Shown here in pieces: positions 1 through 7,887 of a stretch of DNA of 55,112 nt. The stretch lies in contig CAZEGC010000001.1 in assembly GCA_964511635.1 (NCBI GenBank), forward strand, positions 1 through 55,112. Direction: 5' to 3'. Origin of the DNA: an uncultured Candidatus Saccharibacteria bacterium. GTDB taxonomy: Bacteria; Patescibacteriota; Saccharimonadia; Saccharimonadales; Saccharimonadaceae. Position 1 is the stretch's first letter. Each line of letters opens with the position of its first letter. Both the position numbers and the translations under genes were made by a program. The notes under the pieces were generated by a model, which made no database searches, was not told the origin of the DNA, and was given only the letters and a program-made list of their open reading frames with translations.

Positions 1-20
1 GGGACTTCTCTAAAAACCGA

Positions 21-110
21 ATAGCATAAACGGCTGGCTCTTGACTATTCGAGTATGTTTGAGTGGAACATGAGTTACGCAGAATACAACGAACCAGCTG
101 TTTATGCTAT
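21..110. repeat. Imperfect inverted repeat with 17-nt arms (21-37 and 94-110) enclosing 56 nt; candidate structured RNA or MITE-like element
   Basis: ATAGCATAAACGGCTGG at 21-37 pairs with CCAGCTGTTTATGCTAT at 94-110. The single non-Watson-Crick position is G-U on the plus strand and C-A on the minus strand. A T5 run follows at 116-120. No credible ORF is present. Confidence 0.5.
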
Positions 111-194
111 ATCGCGTTTTTGGAGCGTCCCGGGAGTTTTGGATACTTTTGCGGTCAAAAGTATCACGACGCTTTTGTTGGTACAAAATAACAA

Positions 195-203
195 GGGGGG
201 GGG
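195..203. repeat. G9 homopolymer tract (C9 on the minus strand) just downstream of the tig stop
   Basis: Direct count of nine consecutive G at 195-203, in the non-coding region 31-39 nt beyond the tig stop codon (234-236). Confidence 0.9.
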
Positions 204-233
204 ATTGTTTCTTTGACAAAGAAATGCGCCCAA

Positions 234-1520
234 TTACTTCGTATTCAACTCGACCAAACGATCGACGGTTTTTTCAGTCAGCAGACGGTTTGCAATATCA
301 CGCCTGACTTCAGGGGTTTGGAATTGCTTTGCCATTTCTGGATTATTACCGTATTGGCTAGCGTATTGCTGGACGCGTTCATCTAGTTCATCGGTTGAAG
401 CCTTGACACCTTCAACCTTACTTAACTCTGCTAGTACCAAGCCAGCCTGGACTCGCTTCTCAGCAGCTGGAGCAACTTCTTTTTCAAGCCACTGGTCGCG
501 GCTCATGCCCTTTTGTTCTAAATACTGGTCGATGGACAACCCTTGCTGCATCAAATTCTGAGTCATGTCACGTTCGATACCGGTAGCTTGGTCGCTTTTT
601 AGCACTTCCGGTACCGGAACTTCACTGGCTTCTACAAGCTGCGCTACTAGGTCGTCTTTTAATTTTTCAACCTCTTCACGCTCGCGCTGATCAGTGAGCT
701 CTCGCTTGATGTCGCTAGTTAGTTCGTCCATGGAAGTGAATGGACCGCACTTAGCGGCAAATTCATCATTCAACTCAGGCTTAACGACTTCTTTTACTTC
801 TTTGAGCGTGGTAGTAAACGTTGCTTCTTTGCCCTTTAGCTCGGCCGCGTGATAGTCATCGGGGAACTCTAAATTTACATCAAATGTCTCACCTGATTTT
901 TTGCCAGCAACACCCTCTTCAAACCCAGGAATGAACGAGCCGCTCCCTAGCTGAAGTGCATAATCTTCGGCAGAGCCACCATCAAAAGCAACACCGTCAA
1001 TTTTTCCAACAAAATCTATCACAACCTCATCACCGATTTTTGCTGCCCTATCGGCTGGCTTTTTCTCAGCCATGGCGGTGCGCATACGCTCGATAATCTC
1101 ATCGACGTCTTTTTTGGTAATTTTAACTTCAGATTTTTTTACTTTTAACTTCTTATAGTCGCCTAGTTTTACTTCTGGTAACACTTCAGCCTCGGCTGTA
1201 AATTCTACTAGTTTCCCTGGCTCATACTTCTTGACATCAACTTCAGGGCGTTCTAGTGCCTGAATGTTTTCGGCCGTAAAAGCTTCGGCAACAGCCTTTG
1301 ACAGGGCGTCTTCTAGTGTCTGATGGGCTAACGTCGTTGGGTCGACGTGCTTTGCCGCCACACTGGCGGGCACATTCCCTTGTCGAAAGCCTTTTGGCGG
1401 CTTCATTTCTTTTGCTATTTTGGTTAGCGCGACCTGCCTTGCGTCGTCGAGCTCTTTCGGTCCCAGCTCAATTGAGAGCTCCACCTTGGTGCTTGATAAT
1501 TGTTTTACACTTGTCTTCAT
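234..1520 (-). CDS. tig: Trigger factor (ribosome-associated chaperone / PPIase)
   Basis: 428-aa ORF. The N-terminus (MKTSVKQLSSTKVELSIEL...), central FKBP-like region (GDEVVIDFVGKIDGVAFDGGSAEDY) and length are typical of trigger factor. Confidence 0.9.
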   Translation of the reverse strand: MKTSVKQLSSTKVELSIELGPKELDDARQVALTKIAKEMKPPKGFRQGNVPASVAAKHVDPTTLAHQTLEDALSKAVAEAFTAENIQALERPEVDVKKYEPGKLVEFTAEAEVLPEVKLGDYKKLKVKKSEVKITKKDVDEIIERMRTAMAEKKPADRAAKIGDEVVIDFVGKIDGVAFDGGSAEDYALQLGSGSFIPGFEEGVAGKKSGETFDVNLEFPDDYHAAELKGKEATFTTTLKEVKEVVKPELNDEFAAKCGPFTSMDELTSDIKRELTDQREREEVEKLKDDLVAQLVEASEVPVPEVLKSDQATGIERDMTQNLMQQGLSIDQYLEQKGMSRDQWLEKEVAPAAEKRVQAGLVLAELSKVEGVKASTDELDERVQQYASQYGNNPEMAKQFQTPEVRRDIANRLLTEKTVDRLVELNTK

Positions 1521-1530
1521 ACTTCGACGT

Positions 1531-1539
1531 AGTATAACA
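1531..1539 (-). promoter_or_regulatory. Extended -10 element TGTTATACT, 10 nt upstream of the tig ATG
   Basis: The minus strand reads TGT TATACT ACGTCGAAGT ATG. There is no Shine-Dalgarno motif in the 40-nt hisS-tig gap. Confidence 0.45.
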
Positions 1540-1560
1540 GATATAAAAGTATTTCGCTAA

Positions 1561-2898
1561 CTAGCCCAATATATCGTCAAGTTCGTCTTTATCACTGCGA
1601 CGCCTGTCTTTGACGGTCGTAACGATTCTTTCAAAACTTAATTTTTCTTCTTTGGTAGTTTTAGTGTCTTTGAATGGATAAATTTCACTACTAAGTTCGT
1701 CCTGGCCAATGAATACAATGAATGGAATTTGTTTTTTTATAATTGATTTTATCTGCTTGTCTAGCTTGCGGCCTGTAATGTCGACTTCGACATTTACACC
1801 CTCTTCGCGGAGTCGTCTTGCAAACCCTAGCGCACCGTCCAGTGATGAGCCTAGGACAACCACCCCGACTTCGGTAGTGGACTCTAGGCTGGGTAGTAAG
1901 TTGTGTGATTCTAAAAAGTTCTGAAACGTAGTCGCACCTGGCGCCATACCAACAGTCGGAACTGGATCAGCGCCAAATAATCCAACCAACCCGTCATACC
2001 TTCCACCACCAAACATCGCCCTGTTGTTGTCGGGGTGCTTGTCAAATACTTCAAAAACAGTGCCAGTATAATAATCTAGTCCTCGCATCAGGGTAATATC
2101 AAAAACAGCATTTTTTACACCGGATTTACCTAGCAAAGTAAATAGTTCCTGCACCTCGCGCACCGCGCTAGATGAAGCGACTTCCCTAGGTAGATCAGCC
2201 ATTGTGCCCGCCTGAAGCAGATCTGATATTTTCTTTAGTCCAACCTCGGCCTTTTCATGACCAAAAATAGCCACTGCTTGGTCGCGAAACTCTTCATGTG
2301 TGATTTTGTTCTTTTTATCAAACAACTTGACCATTAGCTCAGCCTGAATAGTATCTAGTTCCAGGTAGTGCGCCATCATATAGTTAATAAGCTTTCGATT
2401 ATTAACCCTAATAGTAAACATGTCGCTGCTAGCACCAAATGCTGCTACTAGCTCATACGCTAGAGTAATGATTTCTGCCTCGGCAACCACGCCCTCTACT
2501 CCAAATATATCGGTGTTAAGTTGCCAAAATTCACGTTCTCGACCGCGCTGTGGCCTTTCGTAGCGCATAAAATTAGCAATTGAGTAAAGCCGAGCAGGAT
2601 ATCCTAGCTCCTGACGCCTTGCCGCCACCATTCGACTAACACTTGGTGTCATTTCGGGACGAATCGCTACTACACGTCCACCACGATCAGTGAATGAATA
2701 AGTCTGTTCGTTTGCAAGCTCATGGCCACTTTTTGCGGTATAAATATCCAGCGGCTCAAGCAAGGGTGCTGCATATTCTTCATACCCATGACTTTCAACT
2801 ATTTTTTGCCAGGTGCGAAAAATATAATTTTGCACTCGCTTATCTTCTGGGTAGTAGTCGCGGGCACCTTTGTAGCTTTGGGGTGAAAGGGTACTCAT
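1561..2898 (-). CDS. hisS: Histidyl-tRNA synthetase (class II aaRS)
   Basis: 445 aa. It has the KGARDYYPED motif near the N-terminus, class II motif 2-like RYERPQRGREREFWQ, and a C-terminal anticodon-binding domain. Confidence 0.85.
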   Translation of the reverse strand: MSTLSPQSYKGARDYYPEDKRVQNYIFRTWQKIVESHGYEEYAAPLLEPLDIYTAKSGHELANEQTYSFTDRGGRVVAIRPEMTPSVSRMVAARRQELGYPARLYSIANFMRYERPQRGREREFWQLNTDIFGVEGVVAEAEIITLAYELVAAFGASSDMFTIRVNNRKLINYMMAHYLELDTIQAELMVKLFDKKNKITHEEFRDQAVAIFGHEKAEVGLKKISDLLQAGTMADLPREVASSSAVREVQELFTLLGKSGVKNAVFDITLMRGLDYYTGTVFEVFDKHPDNNRAMFGGGRYDGLVGLFGADPVPTVGMAPGATTFQNFLESHNLLPSLESTTEVGVVVLGSSLDGALGFARRLREEGVNVEVDITGRKLDKQIKSIIKKQIPFIVFIGQDELSSEIYPFKDTKTTKEEKLSFERIVTTVKDRRRSDKDELDDILG

Positions 2899-2952
2899 TT
2901 ATTCCATATAGTGTCATATATCGCTGCCACTTGCAAGCATAAGATTTGCCAC

Positions 2953-3546
2953 CTACTGACAGTAATCGTCATAAACGCCGCGGCACCTCACATGCTCACG
3001 TAAAAATTTAATCCTGGGACCTAGTGCCTGGTTGCTGCTACTACTAATAATTTGATTCATTGCCTTAATTTGGCGTCGCAGAGCCAGTGAAGCTACCCCA
3101 GGTGCGGGATTAGGCACTCGTAAGAATACCGCCCATTCGTCTATAGCCGGGCTGCTACCAAAAATTCGACCAGCCGACAGATATTCTTGCATTTCGTCAT
3201 CTAGGTTGAGTTCAAACCGTATGTCAGTTACGCTCTCCCTAGTCTCGATGCTTACCTCTTCTGGCGCTAGCGGTATCTTTTTGCCAATCAGTGGCCACAC
3301 CCGGCGGGTGTACTCGTCGACCTTTTCCTGCACGTCCCGTGGGTGAGTGGGCATGCCGCCCGAGTCAGGCTCGCCAGCTGATAGATAGATCGGCTGAGTG
3401 GTTAAATAAAGCGCCCTCATGGCTAGCCTCCCCCCAGCTAGCGGCAACGCCGCCCGTCGCAGGCTCTCGCTGCCTATAAACTGTAAATACAGCTTTGATG
3501 TTCGTTCGTAGGCTGGTATGATTTCATTTTTCATTAGTGGACTCAC
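2953..3546 (-). CDS. Hypothetical protein with no recognised domain; locally GC-elevated
   Basis: 197-aa ORF that overlaps the stop of the upstream SpoU gene by 23 nt (11 nt if Met5 is the start). The antisense frame is also open at 3291-3479, consistent with elevated GC. I recognise no motif. Confidence 0.45.
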   Translation of the reverse strand: MSPLMKNEIIPAYERTSKLYLQFIGSESLRRAALPLAGGRLAMRALYLTTQPIYLSAGEPDSGGMPTHPRDVQEKVDEYTRRVWPLIGKKIPLAPEEVSIETRESVTDIRFELNLDDEMQEYLSAGRIFGSSPAIDEWAVFLRVPNPAPGVASLALRRQIKAMNQIISSSSNQALGPRIKFLREHVRCRGVYDDYCQ

Positions 3547-4156
3547 TTAATTTATGCTGCCGCATCCATTCATACATAACAATACTTGCCGCTGCACCAA
3601 CATTAATCGAACGCGTTGATCCAAATTGCTCTATTTGAACTAATCTGTCAGCCTTGCGAGCAAGCTCATCCGAAATGCCGTCGCTTTCGCTTCCGAATAC
3701 TAAAATAGACTTAATCGGTAGCTCAGTCTGGCTTAAATTGCTTGCACCGCTAATGTTATCGACTGCAATAACCGCTGCATCTGCGCCACGAGCATAATTT
3801 AAAAAAGCACTCAAACTATCGTGGTGAGAGATATCGATATATTTATCAGTCATCATCGCACCGCGCTTATTCCATTGGCGACGTCCAATAATATGTACCT
3901 TTCCAACGTTAAAAGCATTGGCAGTCCGCACGATATTGCCCATATTAAAATCACGCTGCCAGTTTTCAATTGCGATTTCAAGCAGCGCGCATCTTAAAGC
4001 GAGATCGCTCCTTATCGCTTCAACACTCCAGTAGCGATATTGATCGGGTACATTTCGCTGATCCCCCGTAGCGAGCAGATTGACGTCAAACTCTGACCCT
4101 TCGGGCCAGGGTTTTGGGTGTGGTCCAACACCATATCTAGTGTTACTTTGTGCCAT
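3524..4156 (-). CDS. SpoU/TrmH-family RNA 2'-O-methyltransferase
   Basis: 210 aa with the SPOUT motifs NMGNIVRTANAF, LVFGSESDGIS and STRSINVGAAASIVMYEW. Confidence 0.8.
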   Translation of the reverse strand: MAQSNTRYGVGPHPKPWPEGSEFDVNLLATGDQRNVPDQYRYWSVEAIRSDLALRCALLEIAIENWQRDFNMGNIVRTANAFNVGKVHIIGRRQWNKRGAMMTDKYIDISHHDSLSAFLNYARGADAAVIAVDNISGASNLSQTELPIKSILVFGSESDGISDELARKADRLVQIEQFGSTRSINVGAAASIVMYEWMRQHKLSESTNEK

Positions 4157-4184
4157 ATAGACATTATAACAACTAAATATATAT

Positions 4185-4212
4185 TTACGCGAAACGATAG
4201 ATACACTATGAT
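4185..4212 (+). promoter_or_regulatory. Sigma70-type promoter TTACGC-16 nt-TATGAT, 9 nt upstream of the ParB-like ATG
   Basis: TTACGC at 4185-4190, 16-nt spacer, TATGAT at 4207-4212, ATG at 4222. Confidence 0.45.
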
Positions 4213-4221
4213 AGGGACAAC

Positions 4222-5400
4222 ATGAGCGCAGAGGGACTACATTATGTCACTAAACATGAAGGTGACGATGATTTGGTGGAATTTGGTCCACAATTTTTGG
4301 AACTTGTACCACTAACGGAACTACGCGAATTACAGCAAGTCCGCGAAGAATATGACCCAGCTGGCATAGAAGAGCTCGCTACGTCACTCGAACATCCTGA
4401 GTCTATATTCTATGAAGACATGTCAAACACAGAGCTAACTAAACAGTTTGACTTAAAACATCCACTCGTTGTAGCGCGTCTAGACCAGCAGTCATATAGA
4501 AATTTTGTTAAAGAGCACGCTGAATACTACGGTATTGAGCCAGTAGCGCTAGAAGACGAGCCTGCCGAGGGTGAAGTCGCATTGCTGCTGATAGCTGGTC
4601 ATCGTAGAAAACGAGCCGTTGCGCTAAAATCACTCCAACGAAATATACCGCTTGATGAGGTAGGAATAGTGGCCCATGTATATGACAATATTGACTTTGA
4701 TGAAGCCCTAAGCCATCAGTTACGCGAAAATATTCATACCCGTACATCCCCCCAGGAAGAGGCCCGAGCCATAGAACGCTACTTCCGACATGAAAAACGA
4801 CGAAGTGCAGGTAAAAGCGTAACAATTGCTTCAATAGCAAGAAGCCTCGGGTTTGGTACGCAAAAAGTGTCTGATGCACTAGCTTTTGCATCGCTCCCGG
4901 TCAAGATCCAGTCATACGTAGACTCAAAAGACAAACAGCTAGCCTACGGTGTCGTAAGAAGCCTTAAACCCCTGTATGATGCTTACGGTGAGTTGCATGA
5001 CTTACTAAATCAGTCGGGTGATCACCCCCAGCTCAAAGAAGACTACTGCTGCGACGAATTAATTATTATGGCTAACAAGCTAGCTGGGAGAAATTTTGAG
5101 GAAAATTCAGTAAAAGCCCAGACGATTATTAAAAACACACTAGAAGAAATCAGAGCTAAAATTGACCCACGAGCAGTGCCTCTATTCGAGATGCAGGCCG
5201 AATCAGCAAGGGACCGCCGCAATCGTTCTTATGGCAATTTGGGTAAAAAAGCAGTGAGCGCACTGCGGCACATCGAAAGCCACGATGCTCTGCAGTACCT
5301 TAGCGATCAGGACAAGGCTGCCATCATGAATCTAGCCGAAGAATTAAGCCATGCTGCCCTGCAGGAAGCCTATACTCACCCCACCCTAGAGCTACAGTAG
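4222..5400 (+). CDS. ParB/Srx-fold N-terminal domain protein with an HTH region; orphan, with no parA neighbour
   Basis: 392 aa. LLLIAGHRRKRAV matches the ParB box II GERRxRA arginine patch. It is followed by an HTH-like SVTIASIARSLGFGTQKVSDALAF. A roughly 45-aa acidic insertion precedes the arginine patch. Confidence 0.65.
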   Translation: MSAEGLHYVTKHEGDDDLVEFGPQFLELVPLTELRELQQVREEYDPAGIEELATSLEHPESIFYEDMSNTELTKQFDLKHPLVVARLDQQSYRNFVKEHAEYYGIEPVALEDEPAEGEVALLLIAGHRRKRAVALKSLQRNIPLDEVGIVAHVYDNIDFDEALSHQLRENIHTRTSPQEEARAIERYFRHEKRRSAGKSVTIASIARSLGFGTQKVSDALAFASLPVKIQSYVDSKDKQLAYGVVRSLKPLYDAYGELHDLLNQSGDHPQLKEDYCCDELIIMANKLAGRNFEENSVKAQTIIKNTLEEIRAKIDPRAVPLFEMQAESARDRRNRSYGNLGKKAVSALRHIESHDALQYLSDQDKAAIMNLAEELSHAALQEAYTHPTLELQ

Positions 5401-5414
5401 TAAATTGAGACAAT

Positions 5415-7052
5415 TTAATTATACACAGCAAAATTTTTATGCGACGTATCGTCATACTCACTTCGCAGTAAGCGAGCCAATAACTTTACGTCCTGATCCG
5501 ACTTAACGCCCGGGTTCATAATGCCGTGTGGATCAAAGATATTCTTTATTTCCTGAAATATTTTCCTAACATCAGGATCAAGATTCTTATATGCAGCGCT
5601 GGCTTTTAGCCTGCCTTCGCCGTTTTTAGCAACCAGGTGGCCGCCATGACTTTCGATTAGGGCAGTGCATTCGTCTATAAGTTTGATGACTCTTTGTCTA
5701 TCACTTACCTTCTTAAGGTGAAGCACGGGCCGAAGGTAAAAAATTTCTTCTATAACGTGACCATACAGATTCAAATCAACTGAATGCTTTTTAGCTAACT
5801 TTTTTAGCTTCGAGCTAAAATCTTCAATTCGAGCAAGCGGCACATGAAACCCATCCAGAATCGGAGGAATGCCTGCGCCAGCAACTTGCGGTGAACTAGC
5901 CAGACCAGTAACTTCACGCAGAGCTAGGACATCCCTAGCGTCGTCTTCGTCACCGCTTACAACTTCGGCTTCGAACTTCAATGCTAAATTGACAGCTTTT
6001 CTAAGTCTTCTACGCCGTTCACGAGCACTTGATTCGTCAAATGCCAGCACAAGCACCACGTCATCGTTATCAATTTCCTTTATGCTTTCGAGAACTAAGT
6101 ATTTCTTGCCCATCGATTGAGCAGCCTTAAAGTATGACCCATCAATTAGCTCCATCGCCGCAGGCTCAAGCTTGAATAGTCCCTCGATACAGTCATGGGC
6201 CTTTTCAAGATCGGGAAACACTGCTATGGCGGCATGCAAGCCGCTAGACGCCAGCTCAGCTTTCATGATCATTTCTGATATTATCGCCAAAGTTCCTTGG
6301 CTCCCCAGAAGTAAAGGAGTAAGATCAAACGACCCGTCGCGGTGCTTTACATCTGCAATTCCACTATAGCCCACGTTGTCTCGCACGTGAGGGGCAATTT
6401 TTCCATTAATGGTAGCTAAATTATCCTCTATCAAACCGTCTATCTTGCGGTATATCTCACCCTCGAGTGTCTGTTCACCTTTTTTGCGGTTGAGGGCCTT
6501 TTTACTGATACGCTCAGTCTGCATCAGGTCGCCATTAGATAAAACAACTTCTAGTTGATGAGTCCAAGTCAACATATCACCGTACTTCCCGGATAGCACG
6601 CCGCTAGCATTATTTGCAATAGCGCCGCCTACCGTACCGTAGCTTGCAGCTTGAGAATAGGCTGGGATATAAAGTTCATGCAATCTAAGTGCTTGGTTTA
6701 GAGCACCCATCGTGACGCCCGGCTGCAGGCGAACAAGTCGCTGTCTGGGATCTAGTTCGAAAATATTGTTCAAGTGCGCAGTGGTGTTAATTATAATATC
6801 TTTACCAATTGCCGCACCGGTACTATCGCTGCCACTACCCCTAGCGGTCAAACCTATGGAGTGGCCAGTTTCCGCCAATCGCCACGCAAACCTTGCAGTT
6901 TTGCGTATATCCACGGTTGCCCGTGGATATATGACCATATCAGGTTTAATTGAAAGTACGCTTTTATCAACCGAAAAAGCTTGACGCGTCTGAGTCCTAG
7001 TATCAACTTCGCCCTTTAGGTGTTCGTTTAAATACTTTGCTACCTTATTCAT
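5415..7052 (-). CDS. FAD-linked oxidase (GlcD / D-lactate dehydrogenase-like)
   Basis: 545 aa. It has an N-terminal PCMH-type FAD-binding domain (TARGSGSDSTGAAIG, GTVGGAIANNASG) and a C-terminal FAD-oxidase domain (GHLVAKNGEGRLK ... DPHGIMNPG). Confidence 0.75.
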   Translation of the reverse strand: MNKVAKYLNEHLKGEVDTRTQTRQAFSVDKSVLSIKPDMVIYPRATVDIRKTARFAWRLAETGHSIGLTARGSGSDSTGAAIGKDIIINTTAHLNNIFELDPRQRLVRLQPGVTMGALNQALRLHELYIPAYSQAASYGTVGGAIANNASGVLSGKYGDMLTWTHQLEVVLSNGDLMQTERISKKALNRKKGEQTLEGEIYRKIDGLIEDNLATINGKIAPHVRDNVGYSGIADVKHRDGSFDLTPLLLGSQGTLAIISEMIMKAELASSGLHAAIAVFPDLEKAHDCIEGLFKLEPAAMELIDGSYFKAAQSMGKKYLVLESIKEIDNDDVVLVLAFDESSARERRRRLRKAVNLALKFEAEVVSGDEDDARDVLALREVTGLASSPQVAGAGIPPILDGFHVPLARIEDFSSKLKKLAKKHSVDLNLYGHVIEEIFYLRPVLHLKKVSDRQRVIKLIDECTALIESHGGHLVAKNGEGRLKASAAYKNLDPDVRKIFQEIKNIFDPHGIMNPGVKSDQDVKLLARLLRSEYDDTSHKNFAVYN

Positions 7053-7140
7053 CTATACCCGCCTAATTTAATGTCACTATACAGTTAATGTTTCTATGAT
7101 AGCACAAGCGCATAACTAGACTTTTAAAATTTGTCTGCCT

Positions 7141-7169
7141 TTGATATAGTATTCTAGTACCAATATTTA
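7141..7169 (+). promoter_or_regulatory. Candidate promoter TTGATA-17 nt-TATTTA placed 6 nt upstream of tRNA-Leu position +1
   Basis: TTGATA at 7141-7146, 17-nt spacer, TATTTA at 7164-7169, and mature G1 of the tRNA at 7176. Confidence 0.3.
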
Positions 7170-7175
7170 GTACAC

Positions 7176-7261
7176 GCGCGAGTGGTGGAATTGGTAGACA
7201 CGCATGCCTTAGGAGCATGTGCCTTTACGGCGTGGAGGTTCAAGTCCTCTCTCGCGTACCA
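7176..7261 (+). tRNA. tRNA-Leu (anticodon UAG), type II with a long variable arm and an encoded CCA
   Basis: Hand-folded. The acceptor stem GCGCGAG/CTCGCGT has a G1-U72 pair. The D stem is GTG/CAC. The anticodon stem CATGC/GCATG carries the loop CTTAGGA. The variable arm is GCC-TTTAC-GGC, the T arm is GGAGG-TTCAAGT-CCTCT, and the discriminator A is followed by CCA. Confidence 0.9.
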
Positions 7262-7270
7262 AAATTATTT

Positions 7271-7302
7271 ACCGACCCAGATTCTGGGTCGGTTTGCTTT
7301 TT
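7271..7302 (+). terminator. Rho-independent terminator after tRNA-Leu
   Basis: ACCGACCCAG-ATT-CTGGGTCGGT hairpin followed by TTGCTTTTT. Confidence 0.8.
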
Positions 7303-7328
7303 CAATATAAATCACGTAAAGAAAACGC

Positions 7329-7351
7329 AAAAAAACGCCTAAAATCAGGCG
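7329..7351 (-). terminator. Rho-independent terminator of the rsmD operon, overlapping the rsmD stop codon
   Basis: The minus strand reads CGCCT-GATTTT-AGGCG followed by T7. The stop codon at 7345-7347 lies within the hairpin (loop and start of the stem). Confidence 0.65.
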
Positions 7352-7887
7352 CTTTCCTGCCGGTAGTATGTGAGCGTGGCATTTCCATAACTACGATTGT
7401 CCACCACAACAACTCCGGGTTTGGTTGACACGCCTCCCCTACCTGAATGTGATAATACCATAACTCCGCCAGGTTTTAACAGGTCAAATAACTTTTCTAC
7501 TGTGGAAAACTGCTCATGGTAATACGGCGGGTCAGCCAGTATCAAATCGAACCGCTCCCCCTGATAGGTGCTTTGCCATGATGATACGCTAGCACGAATA
7601 AGTTTTGTCTGATCGCCTAGCCCTAGAGCGCTTAGATTGTTAGCTAAAATCTTCTGAGCTAGTCGATCCTTTTCAATAAAAACTGCCTGGAGAGCTCCGC
7701 GACTAATTGCTTCTATGCCTAGTGCGCCCGTGCCAGCAAAGGCATCTAGGACAGTTTTGCCAGATAAGTCACCGAGGCTATTAAATAGCGCGCCACGAAC
7801 CCTTTCACCCATTGGGTGAGTCCGTTTGCCTTTTGGAGCATCAATTTTACGACCACCAAATATACCGGCTATGATGCGTACATTCAT
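7345..7887 (-). CDS. rsmD: 16S rRNA (guanine966-N2)-methyltransferase RsmD
   Basis: 180 aa. It has the SAM motif LDAFAGTGALGIEAISRGA and catalytic ADPPY, a typical RsmD length, and an ATGA start/stop overlap with the upstream gene. Confidence 0.85.
   Translation of the reverse strand: MNVRIIAGIFGGRKIDAPKGKRTHPMGERVRGALFNSLGDLSGKTVLDAFAGTGALGIEAISRGALQAVFIEKDRLAQKILANNLSALGLGDQTKLIRASVSSWQSTYQGERFDLILADPPYYHEQFSTVEKLFDLLKPGGVMVLSHSGRGGVSTKPGVVVVDNRSYGNATLTYYRQESA

Noticed and set aside
10-219. 69-aa minus-strand ORF downstream of tig
   Set aside because: Its composition is implausible. It spans the inverted repeat, a second hairpin and the G9/C9 tract, and it has no promoter or SD context. 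I treat the region as non-coding.
4012-4206. 64-aa minus-strand ORF overlapping the SpoU start and the divergent promoter; also 30807-31004 (65 aa) overlapping the pilB/SpoU-2 promoters
   Set aside because: They overlap well-supported genes and promoters in alternative frames, are hydrophobic and low-complexity, and have no initiation signals.
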